From: Callorhinchus milii
Taxonomy: Eukaryota
Assembly: GCF_018977255.1 (NCBI RefSeq)
Contig: NW_024704742.1
Coordinates: 131,504,001-131,568,000 of the forward strand
Length of the DNA: 64,000 nt
Reading direction: 5' to 3'
Each line of letters starts with the position of its first letter. Positions within the stretch are counted from its first letter, which is position 1. Made by a program: the position numbers and the translations under genes. A model generated the notes under the pieces. It was not told the origin of the DNA. It saw only the letters and a program-made list of their open reading frames with translations, and ran no database searches. Shown piece by piece: positions 63,913-64,000 of this stretch.

Positions 63913-64000
63913 TGATAGTTCTGTACCATTATCGGTGTCCTGGACAAGTGACAGTAAGTGTACTGCTTGTGAGAGCACTGAACTCACATCTGCAACAGCA

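Overview
Eukaryotic, repeat-dense intergenic or deep-intronic DNA. The repeat set (DeuSINE/SacSINE1-like SINEs, a tRNA-Ala SINE, L2, CR1, Penelope) points to a cartilaginous fish, possibly a chimaera such as Callorhinchus milii; this is inference, not verified. I could not recognise any host protein-coding gene, rRNA, true tRNA gene or CRISPR array. Most ORFs in the track are read-throughs of SINE/L2 repeats. Contents: about 20 L2 LINE fragments (one 2.1-kb young copy with an uninterrupted RT domain), one 2-kb CR1 plus many CR1 3' ends, about 20 tRNA-Ala SINEs in several subfamilies, more than 15 DeuSINEs, two solo LTRs nested in SINEs, a Penelope GIY-YIG fragment, a PIF/Harbinger transposase relic and several palindromic MITE-like elements. 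The most interesting signals are all mobile-element biology: (1) an unusually long (~0.8 kb) SINE-like retroposon that I cannot assign, rebuilt from about 10 fragments, with an A-rich tail and an 8-bp TSD; (2) an R4/Dong-type RLE retrotransposon whose 3' ends abut the (TAA)n tails of SINEs; (3) the youngest SINE tail matching the tail of the young L2; (4) a MITE family plausibly linked to the Harbinger relic, including an 80-nt near-perfect hairpin; (5) a degenerate Penelope-type hammerhead. I found no convincing new host gene system. Boundaries of old repeats were estimated by eye and are approximate.
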